Translations under genes and position numbers: made by a program
NCBI GenBank assembly: GCA_043804695.1
Contig: JAZDIV010000093.1
Coordinates: 1 to 10,923 of the forward strand
DNA from: PVC group bacterium
Lineage (GTDB): Bacteria > Auribacterota > Erginobacteria > Erginobacterales > Erginobacteraceae
Direction: 5' to 3'
DNA: 10,923 nucleotides
Notes under the pieces: generated by a model
What the model was told of the DNA's origin: nothing
The model's input: the letters and a program-made list of their open reading frames with translations, nothing else
Databases searched by the model: none
Shown here: positions 1 through 7,478 of the stretch, in pieces
Layout: each line of letters starts with the position of its first letter
Numbering within the stretch: the first letter of the stretch is position 1

Positions 1-2506
1 TATCGTCGTAAAGCCCCCATTCCAGTCCGCTGGTTATCACTTCCCCGGTCAGCGTGTCCTTCACGTACCAGCGGGCGCTGAATCGGTTGTAGTAGGCGAG
101 ATCGGCCGTCCCGTCCCCGTTATAATCGCCGGGCGCCGGAAAGTCCCCCTCCCCGTCCCCCCAGACCACCCCCTCGGTGATCACGGTGCCGGATTGGGCG
201 TCCATAAAATCCCAGGTTCCGCCGTTGAAGAGGGCGTAATCGGTGTAGCCGTCCCCGTTGTAATCGTCCCAGCCCACCACCAGATAGACCGAGGTCGGCG
301 CCGGGACCGGGGTCGGGGTCGGCGTCGAGGACGGGGCGGGGGTGGGTGTCGGGGTGGCTGACGGCGGGGGGGGCGGCTCGGAAGGAGTTGGAGACGCGGA
401 AGGAACGGGGGTCGGGGGTTGAGTCGGCGGCGGGGCGGTGGAGGTCGGGGCAGTTGTGGGCGTCGGCGCGGCCGGGCAGGTCACTGGATAACCATCATAC
501 CGCCACACTTCCCCGGCATCCTCGGCAATAAAGATGGAAGTGACCGAGGCCGGGCAAGAGGGCATCATGGTCACCCCCTCCTGGGTGTCCCCCGGGAGCA
601 GGAAGGCCTCGATGACCGTCCCGTCCGTCTCCATCTCCAGGAGGAGGTTCCAGGTATCGAAGACGGCGTAGAGGACCCCGGTTTCGGTGTGGTAGTGAAG
701 CCCGGAAAGATCGGTCAGGCCCGGGTACGGTTCAATGGTGTCGACAGGGGAGACGGTACCGGAGTGGGCTAGGTCCACGTCGAAGACATAGATCCGGCCA
801 TCCGCCTGAAGGCCGGCGTAAAAGAGGCCTCCGGAGCCGGTGGCCGAGTACGGGTGATCTCCGTCCGGAACAAAAGTCAGCGCTTCCAGACCCTGACCGG
901 CGGCGCCGGTCATCCAGGCGGTCAGATTCCAGCTCTTTCCGGTGTAAGCGCCCGTCGTGATGTCGAATTCCCTGATCGAGTCGGGATCCTCGACGCCGAC
1001 ATAGAGATAATCCGAATCCCCGTCGGCGACGGTGATCCCCTCGAGGTCGTCGGAGCCCGGAACCCAGGTGACGGGGCCGGTCCCGTCCTGGTTTATCCTG
1101 GAGACCCACCCGTCATCGCTGACCAGGAAAAGCACGCCGAGCCGCTCGTGCCAGACCGCCCCACTCGGCTCATAACCGGCAGGGAGGCTTCCCCCGATCT
1201 CCGTCCCCGGTCCGGCCGGCCAGGCGGATGGCGTCCAGACGGTCGCGGTCGGCACCGGCGACGGGGCCGCCGATGGTGTCAGGGCCGGTGTTGCCGGCGC
1301 CGGGGCAGAGGAAGAGGACGGCGTCGGAGAAGGACCCGGTCTCACGTACGGACCGGCAAAGCTTTCATCGCCGGCGAACCTCATGCAGTCATACGGGGGG
1401 GCGCACATCGGGTAGTCCGCCAACGCCCGGTCGAAGGCCGCCTTGACCGTGTAGCCGTCATTCATGTAATCGAAGAGCGCGTTCTGCCAGAGGAGGGAAT
1501 AAATCCAGCAGAGAGAACAGTCGCTCCCGCTCATGCCGCAGTAGCCGACGGTGGCGGTTTCGACGCTTTCGCCCTTGCGGAACTCATAGGAGAGAGAACC
1601 GTCGCCGGTGGAGCAGAGCCCGTCGCAGCTGCCGATGAAAGCAAACGGCATTTTGGGGTAATCGGCGATCCAGGTCTCAACCTCACTGGCGCGGGTGTAT
1701 TCATAGGTTGTTCCCCCCGTGCAGCCGCTCTTGAAATAGGTGCTCCCGCCGTGCGCCAGCTCGTAGAACATCCCCGTCGTGTAGCTCCCGATATGCCCTT
1801 GCACTTCCGCTTCCGCCGGCCACTCGATCGCCTCGCAGGGATATCCCATCGTATTGAACCACGTCTCCGCGTTCTTGTACCAGAGCGTCCAGGACCCGCT
1901 GCAGGGACCGGAGTTCTGCGGCCCGGTCAATGAGAACGCGTCGTACGGAGGCGGCACCCCGTACCCCAAAAAGTCACCGGTGACCGCGTCGATGATGACC
2001 ACCGCGGGGGAACCGTTTGTCAGGACCCGGACCACCCAGCAGGGATTTTCCGGGGGCGGATGGAGAGGGAAAACCGCCGACTCGGGGGAAATGAAGATGA
2101 GCCGGGAGAAGAGAACCTCTTCTCCGCCCCCCGCCCCGGCCAGGAACTCCGCGTCCTCTTTGGAAATGACGGGAGGGAGCTGATCGGGGAGGCCCGGGCG
2201 GCGGCACTCCTTTTTTGAAAGCTGACGGCGGTTTGCGGCATCAAATTGGACGACGGTGAAATCCCTCTCGACCAGGGCGTCGCCGATCATTCTCATCTTC
2301 CAGAAAACTGCCCGGTCCCCGATATTGGCGCGGCTATATCCTTCCCGGGATAGTTCCGCAATTTCCCCGCCGTCAGCGCCGTATACTGCCGCCGCACCCG
2401 ACCAGAAAAAAAACAGGGAAAAAAGGGCCTGCAGAACTATCCGGATGCCGGCGGCAGGATGACCCCGGCCGCCGGTATTTTGTTTTATCCTCTCCCGCCG
2501 TTCCAT
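1..2506 (-). CDS. Large secreted multidomain protein, partial at the C-terminus: signal peptide, FTP/PepSY-like propeptide, clan CD (caspase/gingipain C25-like) cysteine peptidase-like domain, Pro/Thr linker, SdiA-regulated-type beta-propeller, Pro/Thr linker, FG-GAP/VCBS repeats
   Basis: Hand translation of the minus strand shows an open frame from ATG 2506 to the window edge, with an in-frame TAA just upstream at 2524-2522. N-terminus is MERRERIKQNTGGRGHPAAGIRIVLQALFSLFFFWSGAAAVYGA. Motifs: CWVVRV...VVIIDAVTGDFLG (PepSY-like); MFYELAHGGS and PFAFIGSCDG (His-Gly and Cys motifs); EPSG, DLEGIT, GLEALTF, DLSGLHY, QEGVT (propeller blades); TPTPTP linkers; DDYNGDGYTDY and GDYNGDGTADL (FG-GAP). 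Absent from the ORF track because there is no stop in the window. Confidence 0.92.
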   Translation of the reverse strand, partial: MERRERIKQNTGGRGHPAAGIRIVLQALFSLFFFWSGAAAVYGADGGEIAELSREGYSRANIGDRAVFWKMRMIGDALVERDFTVVQFDAANRRQLSKKECRRPGLPDQLPPVISKEDAEFLAGAGGGEEVLFSRLIFISPESAVFPLHPPPENPCWVVRVLTNGSPAVVIIDAVTGDFLGYGVPPPYDAFSLTGPQNSGPCSGSWTLWYKNAETWFNTMGYPCEAIEWPAEAEVQGHIGSYTTGMFYELAHGGSTYFKSGCTGGTTYEYTRASEVETWIADYPKMPFAFIGSCDGLCSTGDGSLSYEFRKGESVETATVGYCGMSGSDCSLCWIYSLLWQNALFDYMNDGYTVKAAFDRALADYPMCAPPYDCMRFAGDESFAGPYVRPGPSPTPSSSSAPAPATPALTPSAAPSPVPTATVWTPSAWPAGPGTEIGGSLPAGYEPSGAVWHERLGVLFLVSDDGWVSRINQDGTGPVTWVPGSDDLEGITVADGDSDYLYVGVEDPDSIREFDITTGAYTGKSWNLTAWMTGAAGQGLEALTFVPDGDHPYSATGSGGLFYAGLQADGRIYVFDVDLAHSGTVSPVDTIEPYPGLTDLSGLHYHTETGVLYAVFDTWNLLLEMETDGTVIEAFLLPGDTQEGVTMMPSCPASVTSIFIAEDAGEVWRYDGYPVTCPAAPTPTTAPTSTAPPPTQPPTPVPSASPTPSEPPPPPSATPTPTPAPSSTPTPTPVPAPTSVYLVVGWDDYNGDGYTDYALFNGGTWDFMDAQSGTVITEGVVWGDGEGDFPAPGDYNGDGTADLAYYNRFSARWYVKDTLTGEVITSGLEWGLYDD

Positions 2507-2819
2507 TATTCCATGCTTCAATTACATTATTATTGTTATGCCGTGCGCCGGAGGTGGATCCTCCTTCGGCTGAAAGTCATGCAACCGAATAACCTATCGG
2601 TATGCATAAATAGTGCCATGCTCGTTTTCGGGAACTCTATATTCATATTTACCTGTCAAGCAATGAATTATGACGAGCATCCGTTCCCGGGATAGTAAAC
2701 CGGTGTTGCCATTTCGCAACGTATGGGGCGAATCTTTGCTATTCTGCAACACGGGGGAGCGAATCCGGATCTCACCTTGCGACAGTTATCTTTGGTTGTA
2801 TTCCTTCCCGGGATTTGAT

Positions 2820-3464
2820 ATGAATAAGGTTCAGATGATGACAGCCCGGAGAATACCTTTAGTCCCTTCTCTGCTCTGTGCGGTCCTTCTGGCCGGGTGC
2901 GCCTCGACTCCTCCCAGGAACCTCGATGACATCTGCGCCATCTTCGAAGAGAAGCCGGACTGGTACCGGGACGCCAAGGACTCCTACCGGAAGTGGAAGG
3001 TGCCGATCCCGGTCATGATGGCCATTATCCACCAGGAGTCCCGGTTTCATGCAGATGCCCGTCCGCCGCGCACAAAGCTGCTGGGCTTCATACCCTGGAC
3101 CCGGTCATCCACCTCCTATGGGTACGCCCAGGCGCTGGAATCAACCTGGGACATCTACGTAAAAAACACCGGAAACCGGGAAGCCAAACGGGACGATTTC
3201 GGAGATGTCGTTGATTTTGTCGGCTGGTACTGCGCTCGGAGTCACCGGAAGTGCCGCATCTCCAAGCAAGACGCCTATAACCTCTACCTGGCCTACCACG
3301 AAGGATGGGACGGTTTTAACGCCCACACCTACCGGGGGCAGGGATGGCTCATCAACGTGGCCCGGAAGGTTAAAAACCGGGCGTCTCTCTACAGCGCCCA
3401 GCTTGGCCGCTGCCGGGAGGAACTGGACAGAAAAAAGAGTAAAAAATTTCTCGGTATTTTTTAG
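2820..3464 (+). CDS. Transglycosylase SLT-domain lipoprotein (lysozyme-like fold)
   Basis: Lipobox LLAG-C, catalytic-Glu motif MAIIHQESRF, SYGYAQAL..TW and YLAYHEGW. Start is placed at ATG 2820 (or the Mets about 5 codons later) so that the signal peptide is N-terminal, rather than at the track's 2670. Confidence 0.85.
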   Translation: MNKVQMMTARRIPLVPSLLCAVLLAGCASTPPRNLDDICAIFEEKPDWYRDAKDSYRKWKVPIPVMMAIIHQESRFHADARPPRTKLLGFIPWTRSSTSYGYAQALESTWDIYVKNTGNREAKRDDFGDVVDFVGWYCARSHRKCRISKQDAYNLYLAYHEGWDGFNAHTYRGQGWLINVARKVKNRASLYSAQLGRCREELDRKKSKKFLGIF

Positions 3465-3485
3465 CGCGTCCGGGGGGGAATATAA

Positions 3486-3763
3486 AAATCTCAAATTACA
3501 AGCACCTCAGCCAAAGGCTGATCAGTCTCCGGCTGAAAATAACAAATAAATCACAAATTCAAATATCCAAATTCCAAACAAATGACACGACACAAGCAAC
3601 CGCCTGCCTCTCAACATGTACATAGACTGCGTGCCCAGCCTATCCCGATGTACTCAAGCCGGGTAACGCCCATTCGTGCATAGCGGGCGGCTGTCTCAGG
3701 CGCCAGCAATCAGGTTTGAGATTTGTTATTTGGAATTTATTTGGGGTTTGAAATTTGGGATTT
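3486..3763. repeat. Foldback element A: AAATTCC-type heptamer arms in inverted orientation around a GC-rich core, with a 30-bp palindromic insert in the left arm
   Basis: Left arm 3486-3579 reads aaatctc aaattac aagcacc [30 bp] aaataac aaat aaatcac...aaattcc aaac. Right arm 3714-3763 reverse-complements to aaatccc aaatttc aaacccc aaat aaattcc aaataac aaatctc aaac. An inner imperfect stem pairs 3597-3607 with 3683-3693. It lies between two convergent genes. Confidence 0.8.
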
Positions 3764-3828
3764 CTTCCGGGAAGTTACGTCAAAATATTGTCAATCGCTG
3801 GCCAGCCACTCAATTTAACTGAGAATCT

Positions 3829-5238
3829 TTACATCTCCAGCTCGACCAGCTGCCCTGTCTCGATCGTGAACTCGGGGACGAGCTCGATCAGTGAGTGCCC
3901 GTGCTCGGTCTGGCGGAGGCTGAAACTGTACTTCCCCGGGGCGCAGGGGACCGGGCCCCAGTAATATTGGGCCCATACCTCGGTATTGCCGGGATCCTTC
4001 GGTTTCAGGACCCAGTTGTACGGTTCTTTCGCGCCGGAGGAAGAGGGGGCAACGGTAATCCCGGTGTTGACGTCAAATTCGGTTACCTTCCCTTCCTCGA
4101 TCACGACTTTTCCGGCCAGACGGACATCGTTGGTGCCGTGCTCCGTCTGCCGATACCAGAGTTCGTAGACTCCGGCGGGGGCGAGAGCGGGATCCCAGTT
4201 TCCCCTGACCGTGATCACGGCCTCACCGGTCTTCGGATCCTTCAAATACCAGTGCCGCGGCGGCTCTTTAAGCCAGGTCGCCGGGACCAGGTTTATCCCG
4301 GTGTTCAGTTTAAAAACGGTCGTCTCGTCCGGCTTAATGACAATATTATCAGAGAGCACGGTGTCATCGTGACCGTGCTCGGTCTGGTCCCAGACCAGCC
4401 GGTAGGTGCCGGGGGGGACCATGAGTTCTTCAAGATTGCTTCCGCCGCTGGCGGCAACCTTTCCGTCCGCGATCGACTCCAGCCGGAACCGGTAGGGAGC
4501 CCCGGGGACCCAGCTTGCCGGCTCAAAGCGGAGCCTTCCCACGCCGCCGACTTTTATCCGGACCGATGAGGACTCCGTTTTCAGGACCTGCTCCTGGACG
4601 TCGGTCAGGGCCCGGTTCAGCTCTCCGGCGGAGTCGGCGTTGAAATACTTTCCCCCGGCCGCCTGAGCGATGCACTCCAACTGGGCCCGCTCGTCCGGCT
4701 TGATGTCGAAACCGACCACGTGGATCCGGACCTTGATCCCCGCTTCATGAAGCTCCCGGGCGACCGCGCAGGGATCGCCCCCGCAGGTCTCCTTGCCGTC
4801 GCTGATCAGGATGATGACGTTGTCGTTTCCAGCGCCTTCGGGAAAGTCGTTCTTCGCCTGCAGAAGCGAATAGGCGATCGGCGTCCAGCCCCGGGCGGTG
4901 ATCCCGGCGATGAGGTCCTTGATGCCCCCGGCATCGACACCCTTCACCGGTATCTCCAGAACGGTGTCCCGGCAGCGCTTCTCGGAACTGTCCCCCGAAA
5001 CGGTGCTGTGGCCGTATACCCGGAGGCCGACGTTGATCTCGATCTCCGTGGAACCCCGGGGTAGCTGATCCACCAGCTCGGAGAGGGTCTTTTTCGCGAT
5101 ATCGATCTTCATCGCATCCTGGATCTGCTCCAGCATGCTTCCGGAAGCGTCCAGGATGTATTCAATATTGACCGTTCTGGCGGCGGCCGGACCGGAGAAG
5201 AGAATCGAGGCGGCAATCAACAACACTGCTTTTTTCAT
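3829..5238 (-). CDS. Secreted von Willebrand factor A domain protein with three C-terminal 79-aa repeats
   Basis: Signal peptide MKKAVLLIAASILFSGPAAA; MIDAS residues LDASGSM, GWTP and LISDG; ETCGGDPC. QTEHG occurs three times, exactly 237 nt apart. AGGGGG lies upstream of the ATG. Confidence 0.92.
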   Translation of the reverse strand: MKKAVLLIAASILFSGPAAARTVNIEYILDASGSMLEQIQDAMKIDIAKKTLSELVDQLPRGSTEIEINVGLRVYGHSTVSGDSSEKRCRDTVLEIPVKGVDAGGIKDLIAGITARGWTPIAYSLLQAKNDFPEGAGNDNVIILISDGKETCGGDPCAVARELHEAGIKVRIHVVGFDIKPDERAQLECIAQAAGGKYFNADSAGELNRALTDVQEQVLKTESSSVRIKVGGVGRLRFEPASWVPGAPYRFRLESIADGKVAASGGSNLEELMVPPGTYRLVWDQTEHGHDDTVLSDNIVIKPDETTVFKLNTGINLVPATWLKEPPRHWYLKDPKTGEAVITVRGNWDPALAPAGVYELWYRQTEHGTNDVRLAGKVVIEEGKVTEFDVNTGITVAPSSSGAKEPYNWVLKPKDPGNTEVWAQYYWGPVPCAPGKYSFSLRQTEHGHSLIELVPEFTIETGQLVELEM

Positions 5239-5310
5239 GCAAAACCCCCTTAACCAGGATTAGTCTTGAAAAATAACCCGATTGATGACTAATAAGCGTG
5301 CGGTTCATTC

Positions 5311-5339
5311 ATAAAATTTTTGCGACGCCAAAATTTTAT
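5311..5339. other. AT-rich inverted repeat between the microprotein stop and the vWA gene (possible terminator, attenuator or operator)
   Basis: ATAAAATTTT-tgcgacgcc-AAAATTTTAT: 10-bp perfect arms at 5311-5320 and 5330-5339. Confidence 0.4.
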
Positions 5340-5488
5340 TACCAGACATCCTGAACGTCGGCGGCCGGAGCATCCGCGGCGGTTTTCCCCTCCACCCGGA
5401 CATTCTCATTGACCAGGTAAACGGCTGCCGCCGTGAAAATAAAAAACCCGACCAGGATGGCCCAGAGCACGGCTTTTGATATGATCAT
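5339..5488 (-). CDS. 49-aa single-pass membrane or secreted microprotein
   Basis: MIISKAVLWAILVGFFIFTAAAVYLVNENVRVEGKTAADAPAADVQDVW*. Strong Shine-Dalgarno GGAGGAG at 5499-5493, an N-terminal hydrophobic stretch of about 20 aa, GC-rich third codon positions and a candidate promoter upstream. Shorter than any ORF listed in the track. Confidence 0.75.
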   Translation of the reverse strand: MIISKAVLWAILVGFFIFTAAAVYLVNENVRVEGKTAADAPAADVQDVW

Positions 5489-5554
5489 CGCTCTCCTCCG
5501 ATTTTCCGGCCTGACATGGAAACAGGCGCGGCACCATTATTTATTTGAACAGTC

Positions 5555-5583
5555 AGTTTATTATCAATGCCTGTGGAAGTAAA
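5555..5583 (-). promoter_or_regulatory. Candidate sigma70 promoter for the microprotein and vWA genes
   Basis: Minus strand TTTACT-N17-TAAACT in an AT-rich divergent intergenic region. Confidence 0.45.
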
Positions 5584-5621
5584 CAAATAAAATATAACCG
5601 GCAGATAACCGATATTTTTAT

Positions 5622-5650
5622 TTGACGGTGGCGGTCAGACGTGATAGACA
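5622..5650 (+). promoter_or_regulatory. Candidate sigma70 promoter for the PPIase gene
   Basis: TTGACG-N17-TAGACA with TGn immediately before the -10 and an AT-rich upstream tract. The last base of the -10 deviates from consensus. Confidence 0.4.
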
Positions 5651-5747
5651 ACTCAGCCTACGGCAAAGAATCAGAGAATTCCGGTTTCCTGCCCCGGCAA
5701 ACTTCCAATAGACGCCTCGGGCGTACTATGAGAAAAAAGGAGAGAGT

Positions 5748-6836
5748 ATGAAAAAGAAACTGTATGTTGGTGTAATGGTTCTGCTGGCCGGCGGCTGGCT
5801 GTTCGGCGGATGCGGAGAAAAAGAGAAAGAAGCGGCCCCCCCGGCCCCGGAGACCGGCCAGGTCCGGGTCGATACGGCCGCCCCGGATGCGATGGTCACC
5901 ACCGTCAACGGGGTCGAGGTCAAGGGCGCGCTCTTCAACCAGCAGTTAAACGCGCTGCTCCAGCAGTATTCGCGCCAGATACCTCCCGAGCAATTGAGTA
6001 AAATGCAGCCGATGCTCCGCCAGCAGGCGGTGGCGGCGCTGGTTAACCAGCAGCTGATGATGCAGGAGGCGGAACGGGAAGAAATCATGCCCGATGACCA
6101 GGAGGTGGACGCTGAAATCGAGAAAATCGTGAAGCAGTTTCCCGGCCGGGAGGAACTGGACGCGCAGCTGAAGAGGGCCGGGGTCACGTTGGAGGATCTT
6201 CGGAAGGACATCACCCGCAATCTGAAGATCCAGATGCTGGCCGAGCAACAGTTCTCCTCCGGCACCGAAGCTACCGAGGAAGAGATCACGACATTCTACA
6301 ATGATAATCAGGAGCAGTTTCAGCAGCCGGAGCAGGTCGCAGCCAGCCATATCCTGATCAAGTTCGCTCCGGATGATACCGACGAGGCGAAGGCGGAAAA
6401 GCGGGAACAGCTGGCCGCGCTTCAGAAGCAGGTCGCCGAAGGGGCCGATTTCGCGGCGCTGGCGGAAGCAAACTCCCAGGATACCGGGAGCGCCCAGCAG
6501 GGGGGATCCCTGGGATATTTCGGCCGGGGGATGATGATCAAACCGTTTGAAGACACCGCCTTCGCGCTCCAGTCCGGCGGGGTCAGCGAGATCGTGGAAA
6601 CCCAGTTCGGCTACCACCTGATCAAGGTCACCGGCAAAAAAGACGCCGGGATCGTCCCCCTTGAAGAGGTGAAAGAGCAGGTCGGCATCTTCCTGGTCAA
6701 CCAGAAGAAACAGCAGACGATCGGCGATTTTCTCCAGAAACTCCGGGACGCGGCAACGATCGAGTACGGCCAAGGCTTCCAGCCGGTACCGCCGCCGACC
6801 GCGGGCCAGTTCCCCCCGCCTCAGCCGCCGGAATGA
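5748..6836 (+). CDS. Peptidylprolyl isomerase/foldase lipoprotein (SurA-N-like chaperone domain plus one parvulin/PpiC domain, PrsA-like)
   Basis: AAGGAG SD at 5737-5742; lipobox-like LFGG-C; parvulin motifs ASHILIK, SQDTGSAQQGGSLGYF, KPFEDTAFAL and VETQFGYHLIK; Pro/Gln-rich tail. Confidence 0.92.
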   Translation: MKKKLYVGVMVLLAGGWLFGGCGEKEKEAAPPAPETGQVRVDTAAPDAMVTTVNGVEVKGALFNQQLNALLQQYSRQIPPEQLSKMQPMLRQQAVAALVNQQLMMQEAEREEIMPDDQEVDAEIEKIVKQFPGREELDAQLKRAGVTLEDLRKDITRNLKIQMLAEQQFSSGTEATEEEITTFYNDNQEQFQQPEQVAASHILIKFAPDDTDEAKAEKREQLAALQKQVAEGADFAALAEANSQDTGSAQQGGSLGYFGRGMMIKPFEDTAFALQSGGVSEIVETQFGYHLIKVTGKKDAGIVPLEEVKEQVGIFLVNQKKQQTIGDFLQKLRDAATIEYGQGFQPVPPPTAGQFPPPQPPE

Positions 6837-6844
6837 GTTCAGCC

Positions 6845-7170
6845 GGGAAAAGTTACATCAGGCACATCCCGGACGGCTCCGTCCGCGAACTTTCCGCGAC
6901 CGGCGGCCCCCCCGCCACCACCGACTTCAGCCTGCTCTGGAAGATGGGCGGGAGGACCCCGGCAACCCGGACTTCTCCACCGGCTCCATCCCCAAGGTCG
7001 TGGGGGGGGTGAACCGGGACTCGCTCCGGATCGCCCGGGCTCTCTACGGGGCGATCGTCCCGGCCACGATACCGGTGTCGAGCCCCGACGCGGCCGAGGC
7101 CACCAAGCTCCTGGAGAACATTTACCGGTTGATCAACATTGCCCTCGTCAACGAGCTGAAAATCGTCTTC
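6845..7170 (+). pseudogene. Remnant of a nucleotide-sugar dehydrogenase (UDP-GlcNAc/UDP-ManNAc 6-dehydrogenase, WbpA/WecC-like)
   Basis: Two homologous segments in different frames: GKSYIRHIP...ATTDFSLL (from 6845) and REDPGNPDFSTGSIPKVVGG...AAEATKLLENIYRLINIALVNELKIVF (from 6949). The N-terminal GxGxxG, the intervening part of the Rossmann domain and the C-terminal catalytic Cys (GGHC) region are absent. Confidence 0.85.
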
Positions 7171-7478
7171 GTTGACCTTCTCCCCCCTTTTCTTCTTCCG
7201 CCCGGCGCCAAGCGCCGGCCGAAAAAGAAAAAATAGACAGGCCGGTTTCTTTTCTATAGCATTGGTTTGCCCGGGTGGATGCAGTAGCCGCCGGCAGCAT
7301 CAGCAGACGAAACCCCTAACTGCCCGTGAATCAGCGTAGCCCGCCGATTCGGAATTTCAATAATAGCTATGCAGATTTCAGTCTACAGATAACCCCTGCT
7401 TTAGAGGTAAAACGTTGGCTGAGATTATAAGGCCTTATTAGAGTGTTGCCGCTATGATAATAGTATCGTTAACCAACA

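Noticed and set aside
346..2695. Track ORFs such as 854..1933(+), 419..772(+), 732..1109(-), 1854..2183(+) and 2459..2695(+)
   Set aside because: Antisense or out-of-frame shadows overlapping the long minus-strand gene (2506 to <1), with no recognisable motifs.
2670..2819. N-terminal 50-codon extension of the SLT ORF
   Set aside because: It would bury the lipoprotein signal peptide, and the region looks like divergent promoter DNA.
3582..3683. Short ORFs beginning just inside the foldback arms (33 aa here; 11 aa from 8998)
   Set aside because: No SD, no similarity to each other, and opposite orientation relative to the shared insert.
5726..6773. Minus-strand ORFs 5726..6289 and 5946..6773, and the 7-codon ORF at 5728-5751
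   Set aside because: The long ones are antisense shadows of the PPIase. The mini-ORF simply spans the purine-rich RBS and has no independent support.
7000..7236. 78-aa ORF as an intact gene
   Set aside because: It is the second fragment of the dehydrogenase pseudogene with an unrelated read-through tail.
7237..7478. Riboswitch, ncRNA or Pho box upstream of the porin
   Set aside because: I could not recognise any riboswitch consensus or 11-bp-spaced GTCAT-type repeats. An Rfam cmscan would be needed to exclude an RNA element.
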